From Squalus acanthias (taxonomy: Eukaryota), in assembly GCA_030390025.1 (NCBI GenBank), contig CM059430.1, positions 75,454,001-75,518,000 on the forward strand: 64,000 bases of DNA, in the 5' to 3' direction. Under the pieces are notes generated by a model. That model searched no databases, was not told where the DNA came from, and worked only from the letters and a program-made list of their open reading frames with translations. Position numbers and translations under genes: made by a program. The first letter of the stretch is position 1, and the number at the start of each line of letters is the position of its first letter. Below, in pieces: positions 48,701 to 60,689 of the stretch.

Positions 48701-51700
48701 GAACTACCTTCATCAAACGTCTCTGTTAATTCATCAAAGAACTTAATCAGGTTAATCAGACATGATTTTCCTTTAACAAATCCATGTTGGTTGTCGCTTA
48801 TTAAGCCATGCGTCTGTGAGTCAGAATTAATGTTGTCCTTACCAAGGGTCTCTAGTAATTTTCCCACCACTAACGTTAGATTTGCTAGACTTTAGGTAAC
48901 TGGTTTATCTATCGCACTTATCGTGCAAGTAAACGGTTTGCTGTGATCCATCCCCCCACCATTTGTTTACTTTTACTCAGATACAATTATCCGCGGAGTT
49001 CGGCCAGGTGTTGTGCTCCATGGTCTCTGCAACTGCTGTTCGACATCTTCTGCCCCAATGGAAGTCACGGTCCAGGTGTGGAACTGAGATGTGGGACAGT
49101 ATCCCGCAGTAAATCGCACCCTGTGATTCCAAGTCGCAACATGTCGGAGCTGGACAGCTGTCTCCAGCATTCCTTAAATCGTGTTGTAATCTTCAGCAAG
49201 CTGTAAATTTGGCAAGTGCCGTCTTTAGCCCTCTAATAAAACAACAAACTGAACATGATCGAAGAATTCAGTGGAAATAAAAATGGGGAGTAATGCACAT
49301 CTATCTTCCGATTGGCTATCGCCCATTTTACTGTAATGCACAATGTCAGAATTACTCCCTGATATCGCAGTCTTATTTCAACAAGAAACAAGCATGAAAT
49401 CACATTTGAGTTTCAGCCAAGATAAAGTAAAATTAACTATTCTTTAAGCATGAAAAATTAAACAAAGACGAACATTTTTATTGTGTTTCATAAAATTGTA
49501 CCTTAATGCAAAAAATAAATGGTAAAAATTATTTAAAATATTTTAATGTTTCTGATCTTTTAAGTCATAGTCTTATTGAATTGAACAGTTTAGGGATACA
49601 TGTTGATATATTTCATCTCAATCTCGAAGGTGGTGAGATCATCCATTACTTGCTGATTTCTGCAAGTGCAGGGGGCGGGTTGGTAGTCCTGGTGCTGTCT
49701 GTCATCATTGGGAAGCAATGTGTCTCCAAGAAAAATAAAGGTAAGAAAGAATTTAGACTTTTTACTAAAGCAAGAACAACTTTCAAAGAGAGTGTGAACG
49801 AGAACTTCCTGTTACATGCACAAAGAATGTTAGTTGATTGCATTTAAAAGGTTCAAAGAACAGTTACTCTGTCTCACAGGAACAGGGGCGTTTGCTGAAA
49901 GGGTTTTTTAACTATATGGGACGCTCCACAGTCACCCCAGTCTGCTTCATTTAAAAAAATTGCAGCACCTGATGTATTTAATATGGGTTTAATCACTACC
50001 GGTGTAGCGGTAAATTCGAATTTCTGAAATGTGGTGGAATTTTCCGAGTTCCCCCAGCCAGCGGCAGCGACTGGCGGGATCTTTACTGGAAAATCTATTT
50101 TAATTTTTTGCCAATTTACGCCCATTCGGGACAAGGAACGTAGAATTGTGGGTAGTTCCCCCCGCGATTTTCCAATCAGGATCGCGCAGGGTCCGAGGCA
50201 ACACCGGCATCTGAAAAATCCATTGTCAAACACAGGTCGGAAACCAACAAATCCTTCAAATGTGATATCTAGATCATTTTATACCTTACATTGAATCTAC
50301 CCGAAGTGTCTTTCCAGGCTGAGTAAATGCCTCATTGTAAAGTCATGAATTTAATTCATTACCAGGAGCGCTGAACGATGGCGAAAGATCCGACTATCGC
50401 GAACAGCCGGTATGTGTGTATGATTCATTCTAATATATCTCAGATATTAACATATATATAACAGTAGTAATCTATTTAAAGCAATATGTTGTCACGTTAT
50501 AATCTATTGCTCTCAAGATTCATACAAAAATAGCGCAGATTGAATTCAGCGCTTATGGAAAAAATCTTCGTCAATAGGTCAGAGGCAGCTGAATTTTAAA
50601 TGTCATCTGCTGATGGCGAATAAACATATTGCTTAAAAGTTACCATCAACCGTAATTAATAATAAGGAACTGTTTTTGCCTCCTGGACACAGCGGACAGT
50701 ATGTTGGCGGTAGTCCATAATACTGTGCCCAATAACTAACTCTGAACTTAATCCACAGTACGCGAGTTCAAATCCTATCATTGTAGTTTGAGATTTTGAA
50801 TTCAGGTTTCAAAATATGTTAATAAATGATGTTATCTGAAGCTGTGGGATTGTCTTAAAAAGTCAGGGAATGAAACCTGCCATTCTTACCCGGTCTGCAC
50901 TCTATGTGACTCCAGTCCACACCAAGGTGGGTGACTCTCAACTTCCCCCTGAAGTCGCCTCTGAATCTCGCCACCAGCAACTTCTAAGGGAAACCAGGGA
51001 TGGGCAACAAACGCCGACCTTGTCAGCGATGCCCTCATCTCGAGAATTAATACAAATTCCGGCACAATATCACAGGCTGGCGGTGCCAGTTAAGCGATTT
51101 GTTGTTCCCGGAATTTTGGGTGAATTTGCGGAAATGTTAAGAAGACGTGGACGAGTAATCGGCATTTCCTTCAGTCGCCGCATTCTCCCGTCATAATATC
51201 CATCTGAATTTGGAAAACCTCCAATGTCAACGCCCAACCTTCACCTCCTTGGAAGGAATTTGCTGCTTCACCGCACAGGCCGCGAGACCAAGCAAGCACG
51301 GAGATGCTTATCGAAAATTGAAGTTATTTGCCCGCCATCTCCCACGTATTGAAATCAATAGACAGAAAAGAGTTGGCATAAATTCGAAGTGTTCCAATAT
51401 ATACCGCCTATTACCTGTGATTACCGATCCCGGGAAGCGTCCGCGAAAATTCCAGCCAACAAGAGAGTTATTCCAACTAAATCTGATTCTTTCAGTGTAT
51501 ATGTCTTTCCTGATATCTGTTCGACATTTGTTTTCCATTTGTATCCCTAGTTCTAATTCATCTCCGTGATTGAGTCATCAGGGTCTGCCTTAAAGTGAAA
51601 GACAGATAGACATTGATGTAGATAGAAATATATAAATATAGATATATATATAGTTATAGATATAGATATAGATATAGATATTGTGACATTGTGGATGAAT

Positions 51701-53227
51701 TAATAGCTGAACATAAGATTCCATGTGTAGTCCAGAAGCTGAATGACAAGCTTTAATATAATCTCTTGTATTCCATGGCCTTATCCTTGATTGCAGAATT
51801 ATAATCGTTGCTTACTTTTCTGGACATTGAAAGTGACCTGACTCTTGTTAACCCCAGACCCCTTTATGTCTCATTGTGCTAATTCAATTCCATCCATTGT
51901 ATAACTACGATACACATTTACAATTATGCCTAAAGCTCAACTTTATAAAGTAGCTAAATGGTTTTACTATTTTTTTTGTGCAACGTAAGTGTAACTTGAA
52001 GTATGGAAACCTTGTCAGATGGAGATTATTTCAACCAGACTACTCCTATCAATGGACTTCAGAGATGAACATTGATCCTTTATTTTACTTTACTTTCTTA
52101 AAATGTAAATTTCGAGGGATTTCCGTAACTTCGGCGGGACACCCGTGGAAGTCCCAGACAAACGACGTAAAGGGCGCGTTCATCCTATTATACAGTTTCT
52201 ATGGGGATTCTGGTGGTCATCCAGCAAACTGAGATCAGGAGACCGGTTGTAGCTCCGCGCATTTTGGGGGTTGATTTTCGTCTTTACCGTCTGGGCGCTA
52301 AGCAATGCATGGGCAGAAAGGGATATCTGGTGGGGAGGATCGCTCGTCCTGAGGGAATTTCTTTGCATTCCTTTCAATGATAGGAAAATTCGCGGGTTCT
52401 GTTGCCAGCAGCGGCTCCGCAAGATTTTCCAATCCATGCTCAGCCCTGACGATGCTTCAGGTCCAGGCGGTAAAGAAGAAACCTCCTTTCACCCTCCCCA
52501 AACTGTTCGAATATTTGTGATAATGCGACGGATTCCGCCTGCTGGGCACTGACGGCGCGGACACGGAGCACAAACAAGGAGGTTGTGGCAGCCGTGACTG
52601 ATATTCCATCCATTCATTTATGTGATGGACTCTGGACCTGCTGTTTTCGGGCCTGCTCGCATCCTTCTGCGCAGGGAGCGCCCAAACGTGGTATCTGCCC
52701 TAACAACATAACAAGATATATTTTTCCGTTCCTTCCATGCAGGGAGCAGCTGATGTGATGGCGTCTTATGCCACATTAGATCTGAACAAGTCCCGGAAAG
52801 GTCCAAGAGCGAAGCATCAAGAGAGGACAGTGTATGCCCAGGTAGGGCTCAGGAGCAGAACAAAGAGTCACAGATTACCTGTAATTAATGGGCATGCGGG
52901 ATAGTGTAAGAAAGACCTTGAATAGTACTATGGTAATCTTTTATATTTAATTTGTAATTATATCCTCGCTAATTCTGCGAGGCTCCAGCTATTCCAATGA
53001 ATGTGCTAAACATTATTCTTTAAATAACTACAATATCGAAGTAATGATATTCCCAATAATTGATTTCACAGACCAAGCAACGGGCGCCAGATCATAAGTT
53101 GACCTACGCTGCACTAGACATGACAGGCTTCAAGAAAACATCAAAGCCTAATGTTAAGGATAAGAGCACGGAGTATGCTCAGCTACAGATGAAAAATCAA
53201 AGAGCAGACGTTATTTACACGGAATGA
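45799..53227 (+). CDS. Gene A: inhibitory VJ-C1 Ig-superfamily receptor, SIRP-alpha-like tail, 365 aa
   Basis: Exons 45799-45853, 46025-46345, 47313-47624, 49630-49740, 50366-50409, 52743-52841, 53072-53227; all GT-AG, compatible phases, 1098 nt open; leader, V, C1, uncharged TM, tail with ASYATL, TVYAQT, LTYAAL, TEYAQL, VIYTE. Confidence 0.9.
46025..46345 (+). CDS. Gene A V-set exon with germline J-like G strand
   Basis: LKVTQLPE..SFHC..VYWWK..LQIINVTFQDSGEYYC..GNGTGSNLTV; ttttccgatag / gtaagt. Confidence 0.95.
47313..47624 (+). CDS. Gene A C1-set exon
   Basis: [43 protein letters not shown]. Confidence 0.95.
47640..48900 (-). mobile_element. Decayed CR1 LINE in gene A intron 3
   Basis: QHGFVKGKSCLINL and LKFADDAQL on minus strand. 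Confidence 0.8.
49630..49740 (+). CDS. Gene A transmembrane exon
   Basis: YLLISASAGGGLVVLVLSVIIG followed by basic KQCVSKKNK; donor gtaaga. Confidence 0.9.
50690..51050 (+). mobile_element. tRNA-derived SINE (same family as 2750-3188)
   Basis: gagttcaaatcc B-box; tail gggatgggcaacaaacgcc...gcgatgccctcatc. Confidence 0.65.
51610..51682. repeat. (ATATAG)n-type microsatellite
   Basis: gatatagatatagatatagata. Confidence 0.85.
52743..53227 (+). CDS. Gene A cytoplasmic ITIM/ITSM exons (52743-52841 and 53072-53227)
   Basis: GAADVMASYATLDLNKSRKGPRAKHQERTVYAQ | TKQRAPDHKLTYAALDMTGFKKTSKPNVKDKSTEYAQLQMKNQRADVIYTE*. Confidence 0.9.
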
Positions 53228-53378
53228 AAAGCCAAGTAATATTGGCCTCCAATGCGGAACCCGTTTTATTTGTGTATATCTGACTAGAGGCTCATTAACC
53301 TAATAACAATAACAGGGAAATTAATTGCAACAATTCTAAGATGAAGAGTGGGAATCTCCAGTTTAGAAATAGTTAGCA

Positions 53379-53384
53379 AATAAA
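53379..53384 (+). terminator. Candidate polyadenylation signal of gene A
   Basis: First AATAAA after the stop; alternatives near 53693, 54819 and 54852. Confidence 0.4.
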
Positions 53385-53889
53385 GGCCAGCATGGATTAA
53401 AAGCGAGGCTCCTGTCTGACCCTCCCCTCCGCCTTATTTTCGAAGCTGCGGATAAAATAGATTGTAAAAACCCACTGACACGACGCCCAAGCTTTGCTCT
53501 AACAGGTCCCAGTCGTCCAAAGCCAGGCATCCGATTCGTGTTCGCACTTCTTTAGATAGTTGATGTTTTGTGCTGTTTGAATGCTGTGAAGCTTTGGAAA
53601 GGGTTGGATTTAGCGCGGTTTCCCGATTGGCAGATAAATCCTGAATCACAACACCGTGATCGCTCAAGTATCAGAAACTTGAGTTGTTGAAAAATAAAAG
53701 GAATTTGCATTTAATCTTCATGGGGTATAAATTCGTCTTGAGCGAGAGTGCAAAATGGGCGCTCGAGAATAGACAACAGGTTTGCACTCGATTTTTCTCT
53801 ATGTTAAAGTCTGTCCATAGGGATTGGATTAGGTGCACGGAGCAAAATTAATCTCAGTGAACAGGGAATGAGTCGAATGAAAGAAAAAA

Positions 53890-54330
53890 TGAAGCTGCCT
53901 TTATATATACCTTTCTGAGATCTCAATTCGTCCCAATCGCTTCAAAGTCTCGGAAGTACTTTACAATTTTAGTCACTATTGTCATGTAGGGTAAATGGGA
54001 CAGCCAATACGCACAACAAGACCCCACAAACAGTAAATTCATTTATGTTCTGATAACTGTTTCATTGATGTTGGCCGAGGCATAAATATTGGCCATGAGA
54101 CCAAGTGAACGTCTCTGCTTTTCTTCAAATTGTGCCATGGATTCATTTACGATGAGAGAGCAGACAGGAATTTGATTTAACGGCACATTCAAAAGACGGG
54201 ACCTCTCAGAGTGCAGCATCCCTCAATGCTGCCCCGACATGTCAGATTATATTATGTGCTAAAGACATTGAGCGGCGATTGAAAAATGAACCTTATGACT
54301 CAGAAAGGAGATTGCTACCACGGAGCCAAG
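53890..54330 (-). mobile_element. Deu-domain SINE, decayed
   Basis: Collinear with 27425-27850. Confidence 0.65.
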
Positions 54331-55834
54331 AGGGGCACTAGAGGAGGTCAAGCACTACTGCCTAGGAAGAAAGCAGTTAATTTAGGAATTTACTGTCATC
54401 TATAAAACATTAAATAGTACAGATAAGGTGAATGCAGAATTTAAAGGAAAATCCCGGAAGTAGTACAGGAGGACAAAACATAACTAAGTAAGAAATAGTT
54501 TTTTGTTAAAGGTATTAGAACGTGTTTATATTTTACTCAGAGCTTGAATACTTCTTCAAACGGGCTACTGAACCAAAATTGTTGTATTGTAAATGTGTCT
54601 GGACGCTCTAAAGGGAGACCGACGAGCTTCAGTGGGCCGACTGGTCTTTACTGGGCCTTGACTTTTATTATGTTGTTACTATTCATTTAGTTGTAATTTA
54701 CTTTCCAGTGTATCACTGTTATTCGAGAGTTAACAGAATGCCCAGACGAAAAATCATTAACATAATAGAATATGGATATTGTATGTTGCCTTTCATATTT
54801 TACTGATTTGTATTCTGTAATAAATCTACATGCAAGATTGTGTTCTGGTAAAATAAATGTTTATCACATTCCTTCTTGCCACCTCCTCACTTTGCAACTG
54901 CAGTAAGCTTAAAGGTATTGATTTGTTTATGAACATAAACATAAACAAAGCTCAGTCTTGCGTGCAATAATTTTAGACCGCCATAGCTCTGTAATATGCA
55001 TTCGGTTGTATAGACTGGAAAATAAGGTTAGTGACAGATATCTTATGAACCATGGGGATAGCTAGGATTGTCTGGGTTGTTGAAACTATCATATCTTCAT
55101 TTGTCAACACTAACATTCGATGATACATTATTGATTCATATCATGACGGCTGAGTGAGAAGAGCAAACACACTCGTGCATACTCCATGAATCCCCACCAA
55201 ACCTGAAATCATTTTATTAGAGAGGTAGTCCCTTTAAACGCGTACGACATGCATCGCATGGTAAAAAATGTTGTTTGATGAGTTGCACTTATAAATCTGC
55301 GCAATATTGGGACAGTACACGGGCTGATGCAGTAGTGGGACACGCCGTTGATGGAAAGGCGCTTGCACGATACACTGATCAGGAAATATTAAGTCCGCAG
55401 TACTTGATGTTCTGCATAGCTAAGTTAAAGGACGGAACGGCAGGCATTATGGGCATCCAGTTTGCTGGTCAGCTCTCCCTGCGGGCACCCTTCCGCCTCG
55501 GGCGTTACCAAAGGGTCAATCAGCCCTGGTATATGCTTCAGCAGACAATGCCGTGGAAGGCCCTAATTATGGTTGTAGCTCTTCTGTGCAGAACATCGAT
55601 TTGGTTTGAAGGTGTAATTGCACAGTTGCAGGAATGGTTGGATAGATCACTACAAAGCAGGGGAACAACGGAAAATTGTTAACTGGCCTTGTGCAGTGTT
55701 TGTAAGAAACGAACAACGGAAGTGAACACGATTAAAATCATTAGATGAAACGCCAGGCTCTTAGCGGAACACATTTTAAGGTTGAAAAAATATAGAGAGT
55801 TATCAGAACGAAGGAAAGCAAACAAAGAAAAAAA

Positions 55835-56225
55835 GAACAATGTGGCGCCTTTCAAGATATCAGGACCTCCCAAAGCGCTTTGCAGACAATAAACTACTTT
55901 CGAAGCGTCACTGCTTTAAAGTAGGGAACCCGGCAGCCAATTTTTACACAGCAAGATCGCACAAACAGCATTGAAATAATGACAAGATAATCTCCTTTAG
56001 TGATGTTGGCGGAGGGATAAATATTGACCAGGACATCCGTTCTTTCAATGGTGTAATGGGATATTTAACGTCAACCTGAGAGGGCATACAGGGCTCCGGC
56101 TTAATCGCTCATCCAAAAGACCGCACCTCCGAGAGTGAAGCACCCACGCAATACTGCACTGGACTTTCAGCCTAGATTATATGCTCAAAACTATTGCTGA
56201 GTAGTTGAACCCACAACCACTGATC
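55835..56225 (-). mobile_element. Deu-domain SINE
   Basis: Collinear with 27425-27850. Confidence 0.7.
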
Positions 56226-58249
56226 CAAGGTCACTTCTTGCATCGCCAGCGCATCTCAGACCTCGTTTACTTACCTGGAATTTCATCTTGAAGTGTAATG
56301 GCTTTTACATGTAGAGTTAATAAGATACATTATCTGTGTTTCTGTATTTGGTGGGGTTGGTTCAGTCCTGCACTCCGTGAAAAGTCTTATTTTTTTTACG
56401 ATGCTGTTACTAACTTCTTATCCGAAAGACGGCACATCTGACAATGCAGCAGAATATGTAGGGCAGTAGATGGGATTAATAAAGCAGTAGTGGTGCAGTG
56501 TTGGGCAGAATAAATACCCTTGGTGCACTAGAGAAACCGAAAGCGACATTTCAAGGTACTTTGACATTAACGGCTACTAAGGCGTCAGGCTGCACTTTTC
56601 TATAACATGGCGCCGAAAAAAGCCTTTTTAACCTATGATAAAATCTTCATTATTGGAATAACGTCTTACCCTCGGATTTTCTTGCAGAAATTACTGAAGA
56701 ATTGTGTTATTTAAAATCGTCTAATATCGTTGAGACTTTTCTAAATAGTGAACTACTTTCCACATAAATCTCCTCCATCAGGTTAGTCCAGATATAAGCA
56801 ATCCATCCTCTCTCAGTTAATAATTCCCATCTATATGTTTACAGACTCGGCAGTGTGTTTAATCATTGCTCCAAGTCACGCCTCATGTGGGAGATTTGAA
56901 CATCTATCACATACCAATTATTGACTTTTTTGTGATTGGCCTGTTGATTAAAATGCTGTTTTCACGTGTACTTATATTTATCTGGGATACATTTCTGGCC
57001 TTCTCGGCGCAATTCCCAAATTGTCTGACTGAATAACTGTTTTCGAATTATTTCAATCTCAGCTAATTGTACACGGGATGAGAAGGGTTTGTTGTGGCTC
57101 TGGAAGAATGCTTGTGTGCGTTACTAAACAGGCTTATGGGTGTAAATACGTTCACGACTTCGATATGGAGGTGCACACATCTGCAATGTAACCAGTGGGC
57201 TGCAGATAGATTGCACAGAAATGTCATCACATAAAAGTGCTACTACGATACACTTGAACAAATAGGAATAGATGATATTAATCTACAGCAGTGACGGGGT
57301 TAATGAGTGGATAATTTACTGCTCGCGTACACAGCTAGATATGACTAATCTGACCTTTTACCAAAACTGTGATGTGGTTTCCGTTGTACTGAAAACTGTT
57401 GGCCAACGTTTATTCTATTATCGCGGTTTACGAGTAGGTGAGGAAAAGGTTCTTAGCACCTCTCGGGGCATCAAGCATTGAGTTTATTGCAACATAATGG
57501 AAACAAGTCTTGTGGTTTGCAACTGTAACTATTAAACACCACCTTTCAATATAGATTTAATAACTGACCTGATTTTATACACAGAAGGTTAATTCTGCCT
57601 CTTAGGCTGCGATCACGCAAATGAACCACTGGATCTGCTCAGTTGCAGAGCTGGAATCTGAGGAAGGACAGGGAATATTGAGGAGGTCTGTGTGGTTATT
57701 TTACTACAGGATTGCACTAAACCGCACATGTCCTATAAAGGTCAATACACATGGGGGTAATTTATACATTGTGTGATCTATAAAACTGGTGATACCAAAT
57801 CGGATGCATGATTTATAGCTCTCCCAGTTTTTATTTCCATTGGGACAATCATTCTGCACTATCGCACATGGAGCAATATTAACTTTGGGCTGTTGTGTAA
57901 AACGGGCGCTATCAAATTAGCCATCCATTATGTGCGACGCCCGATTTTTCTTTCCATTACAGTCAATAGAAGTTAAATCGATCATGACATGTAATGGCGG
58001 CCAATTCAATATCGCGAATGTTACACCACAGCCCAAATTTAAAATTGCGTCCCCTAGAAATAGTGCCCCAGATGCATTTGCAGCCCTGCTCCTGTTCAAT
58101 TTCACAGTGAGATGGGACTTTGATCTCTGATGGACCGGTAATGTTAGAGGATAAAGACAAATAATGCTCGAAATACTCAGCAAGTCAGCAGCATCTGTCC
58201 AGAGAAAAATGAGTTTAAGTTTCAGGTCGTTGACTCTTCATGGAAGAAG

Positions 58250-60680
58250 ACGCAAAAATCTCCCGGAAATAGTTGAGTACAAAGGGTCTAGTGAGGATGA
58301 AGAACTGAAAGAAATGAGTATTGTAAAAAAATAGTAATGGACAAAGTAATGGCACTGAAAGCCCATAAATCTCCTGCACCTGATGGCCTACATCCTAAGG
58401 TTTTGAAAGAGGTGGCTATGGAGATAATGGCCCAGAAATTAGGGTTGGAGACCTCCCGCGGGAGCAAGCCCCCGGCCTGCACTTACATAGCACGCCTGCC
58501 GTTGTGCTGTGGGCCTGCGTGGGATTCCGATCCTGGGCCTCCTCCAGCTGCCCGTGTGCAGTGCTCGCGTATCCCAGCGGGGAAGCTAGTTCGCAGCATC
58601 CCCTGTGATCACGTGGGCCATGGGGAGCCAATCGAAGCAGGGATTCTCCATTCATAGAATTGACAGCAAGTCCTGTCAAATGTAGGATTAGAGATCGGCC
58701 CCAAAACCGAAGTAAAAGTTCAAATATTTTTTTTTAAAACACCACATTTTTCAAATAACTATAAATTACATAAATTAACTATTTTAAACAAAAATTTAAT
58801 GTTGTGAAAAAATTAATTAAAGTTTTTAACGGGGCTAAAAATAAACTTACCTTTCTTTAAAGTATTTAAAAATGAAAACCTGTGGTGAAAATGCTTCAAT
58901 TTTAATTAATTCACCACTTACCTTGTTAAAAGCACGCCTTGCGCCTGCTTTTTCCATGTGCAGCTGTTAGGGACATACCCGCACGGAGAAACCTGTAAAA
59001 AAAAGCGGAAGTTCGATGCGTACGTGCTGCCTCTCCGGTGCACGACGTTGACCTGTGAACCCCTTCCTTCAAGGGAACGGAAGTTCCGGTATCCATCGCA
59101 TGCGCAGCGCATCCGCGAAACCGGCACTTTCCTTGGCCTTACGGGTGAGTACAGAGCGCGTACTCCCCCGTGGGGACCCGAATTTCTGGGACAATGAATG
59201 CATTGATTGTCATCTTTCAAAATTCCATAGATTCAAAACGGTTTCCACGGATTGTAAGGTAGCAAATGTAAACCCACTATTTAGGAAAGGAGGGAGAGAT
59301 AAACGGGAAACTACGTACTAGTTAGCCTGGCATCAGTAGTAGGGAAAATGCTAGAATCTATACTTAAGAACGTTGTAGCAGGGCACTTAGAAAATAATAA
59401 TAGGATTGGGCATAGTCAACACGGCTTTATGAAAGGGAAATCAGGTTAGTGGTTGTAACTAGCAGAATAGATAAGGGGAACCAGTGGATATGAAGTATTT
59501 AGATTTTCAGAAGGCATTTGATAAGGTGGCGCACAAGAGGTTATTAAACAATATTAGGGCTCTTGGGATTGGGGGTAATATAATAGCATGGATTCAGGAT
59601 TGGTTAACCTGCAGAAAACGGAGAGCAGGAATAAACGGGTCATTTTTGGGTTGGCAGGCTGTAACGTGTGGGGTACCGCAAGGATCAGTGCTTGGGCCTC
59701 AGCTATTCACAATCTGGATTAGGGGACCAAATGTAATATATCCAAATTAGCTGATGATACAAAGCTGGCTGGGAATTTATGTTGTGAGGAGGCTGCAAAG
59801 AGGCTTCAAGGGGATATAGAAAGGCTAAGTGAGTGGGCAAGAACATGGCAAATGGAATATAATGTGGAGAAATGTGAAGTTTTTTACTTCAGTAGGAGAA
59901 ATAGAAAAGCAGATTATTATTCAAATGGTGTGAGATTGGGAAATGTTGGTGTTCAGAGGGACCTGGGTGTCCTTGTACACGAATCACTGAAAGTTAACAT
60001 GCAGGTACAGCAATCAATTAGGGAAACAAATGGTATGTTGGCATTTATTTCAAGAGGGTTTATTTTAAGCATAAGGACGTCTTAATGCAATTATATATTG
60101 GACCTTGGTGAGACTACACCTGTAGTATTGTGTACAGTTTTGGTCTCCTTACATAAGGAAGGATATACTTGGCATAAAGGGAGTGCAACAAAGGTTCACT
60201 AGACTGATTCCTGGGATGGGGCTTTGTCCTATGATGAGAGATTGAGTAGACTAGTCCTATATTCTCTAGAATTTAGAAGAATTAGAGGTGATCGCATTGA
60301 AACATGCAAAATTCTTACTGGGCTTGACAGGGTAAATGCAGGGAGGATGTTTCTCCTGGCTGGGGAGTCCAGAACCAGATGTCACAGTCTCAGATTAAAG
60401 GGATCGGCCATTTAGGACTGAGATGAGGAGAAATTTCTTCAGTCGGAGGTTGTTCAATATTTGGAATTCTCTACCCCAGAGGGCTGAGGAGGCTCAGTCG
60501 TTGAATATATTCAAAACAGAGATCAATAGATTTATGGAGAGTGTGGGAATCTGGGGAGATGTGGATAGTGCAGGAAAGTGGAGTTGAGGTAGAAGATCAG
60601 CCATGATCTTATTGAATGGCGGAGTAGGCTCGATGGGCCGAATGGCCTACTTCTGCTCCTATTTCTTATGTTCTTATGAT
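58250..60680 (+). mobile_element. 5'-truncated CR1 LINE interrupted by a MITE
   Basis: PDGLHPKVLKEVAMEI, LDFQKAFDKVAH, GVPQGSVLGP; CR1 tail at 60630-60677. Confidence 0.92.
58429..59192. mobile_element. MITE copy 3 (inverted relative to copy 2)
   Basis: ggcccagaaatt / aatttctgggac with AAT duplication. Confidence 0.9.
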
Positions 60681-60689
60681 ATTGCTTAG

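Noticed and set aside
55275-55682. 135-aa ORF as a gene
   Set aside because: No recognisable motif or splice context; starts at a non-ATG codon
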